Of a DNA stretch of 33,823 nt, positions 33,284 to 33,823 are shown piece after piece (positions within the stretch are counted from its first letter, which is position 1; each line of letters starts with the position of its first letter). The notes beneath the pieces were generated by a model. The model was not told where the DNA came from and did no database searches. It was given only the letters and a program-made list of their open reading frames with translations. Origin of the DNA: a virus (Duplodnaviria > Caudoviricetes); IMG/VR virus record IMGVR_UViG_3300047314_000186, positions 1-33,823 of that record; one strand, written 5' to 3'. Position numbers and translations under genes: made by a program.

Positions 33284-33823
33284 ATGGCCGGTCCCCAAGA
33301 CTATCTGACGGTGAAAGGACCGGAAGGCGCCAGCTATTCGCTGCCGAAGTTCGATCTCGGCTCGCAGATCGCGTCCATCCCGACGTCATACCAGGAGGGC
33401 CAGCAGTACGGCGTCAAGCGCGCCCTGCAGACGGCGTTCAAGGACGGGTTTCCTACCGATCAGCAGGGAAATCCCGATTACAATGCAATGGCAACCCGCT
33501 TGCTGGCGATCGGCGGCCCTGAAGCCGCGCAGCCATATTTCCAAATGGGCTTGCAGCAGGGCAATGCAGCCGGCAATCAGGCAGTTCTCGGCGGCCAGCC
33601 AGCGCCGCAAGGTGGCCAAGGCAATCCGCCGCAGACATTCACGCCGATGGCGCCGAATGCAGCGACCGGCCCCAGCGGCATCACGGGCGAGCATCTGAGC
33701 ACGGGCGGCGGCTCGATCTTCCCGTACAAGCCGGGAACGTCGCCGCCGCAGATCATGAGCGGCGGCCCGCAAGGTGGCGCCGGCCTTGGCGGCCAGCCAG
33801 CGCCGTTTGCCGGCAATCGCGAT
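33284..33823 (+). CDS. Ejection protein (gp20/gp16-like position), truncated by the window end
   Basis: Open frame MAGPQDYLTVKGPEG...QQGNPDYNAMATRLLAIGG... to the window edge; G/Q/P-rich; absent from the ORF track. Confidence 0.65.
   Translation, partial: MAGPQDYLTVKGPEGASYSLPKFDLGSQIASIPTSYQEGQQYGVKRALQTAFKDGFPTDQQGNPDYNAMATRLLAIGGPEAAQPYFQMGLQQGNAAGNQAVLGGQPAPQGGQGNPPQTFTPMAPNAATGPSGITGEHLSTGGGSIFPYKPGTSPPQIMSGGPQGGAGLGGQPAPFAGNRD

Larger units (their letters stand above)
1..33823. mobile_element. Temperate P22-like phage/prophage (partial; right end truncated)
   Basis: Integrase-xis-recombination-cI/cro-replication-terminase-portal-scaffold-capsid-adaptor-hub-ejection gene order; no host housekeeping genes seen. 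Confidence 0.95.

Overview
The window is most of a temperate, P22-like (podovirus-type) phage or prophage, probably of a high-GC Alphaproteobacterium such as Bradyrhizobium/Rhizobiales (host inferred from gene style only). From left to right it holds: a GIY-YIG/T5orf172 gene, a tyrosine integrase and excisionase, and a leftward early/recombination operon. A cI/cro switch follows, with five 17-bp operators and apparently leaderless mRNAs. The rightward early operon carries a DUF3102-J-domain fusion, repeat-linked modular genes, a VPLPA-CTERM surface protein, a YdaU-like initiator with internal iterons, a C5 methyltransferase and a putative late regulator. The late operon has a HiPIP-like fusion, an Acb2/Tad1-like protein, terS, terL, portal, scaffold, major capsid, adaptor, a gp10-like hub flanked by two HNH-AP2 endonucleases, and ejection proteins running off the right edge. 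The most striking feature is a block of five tightly packed late genes between portal and scaffold (18680-24743), plus the gene right after the major capsid gene. All six encode spike/fibre/adhesin-like proteins with N-terminal Sec-type signal peptides and even numbers of cysteines, suggesting virion accessory parts that are exported and matured in the periplasm. All family calls come from reading motifs by eye; no searches were run. No lysis genes, RNA genes, CRISPR arrays or clear att site were recognised.
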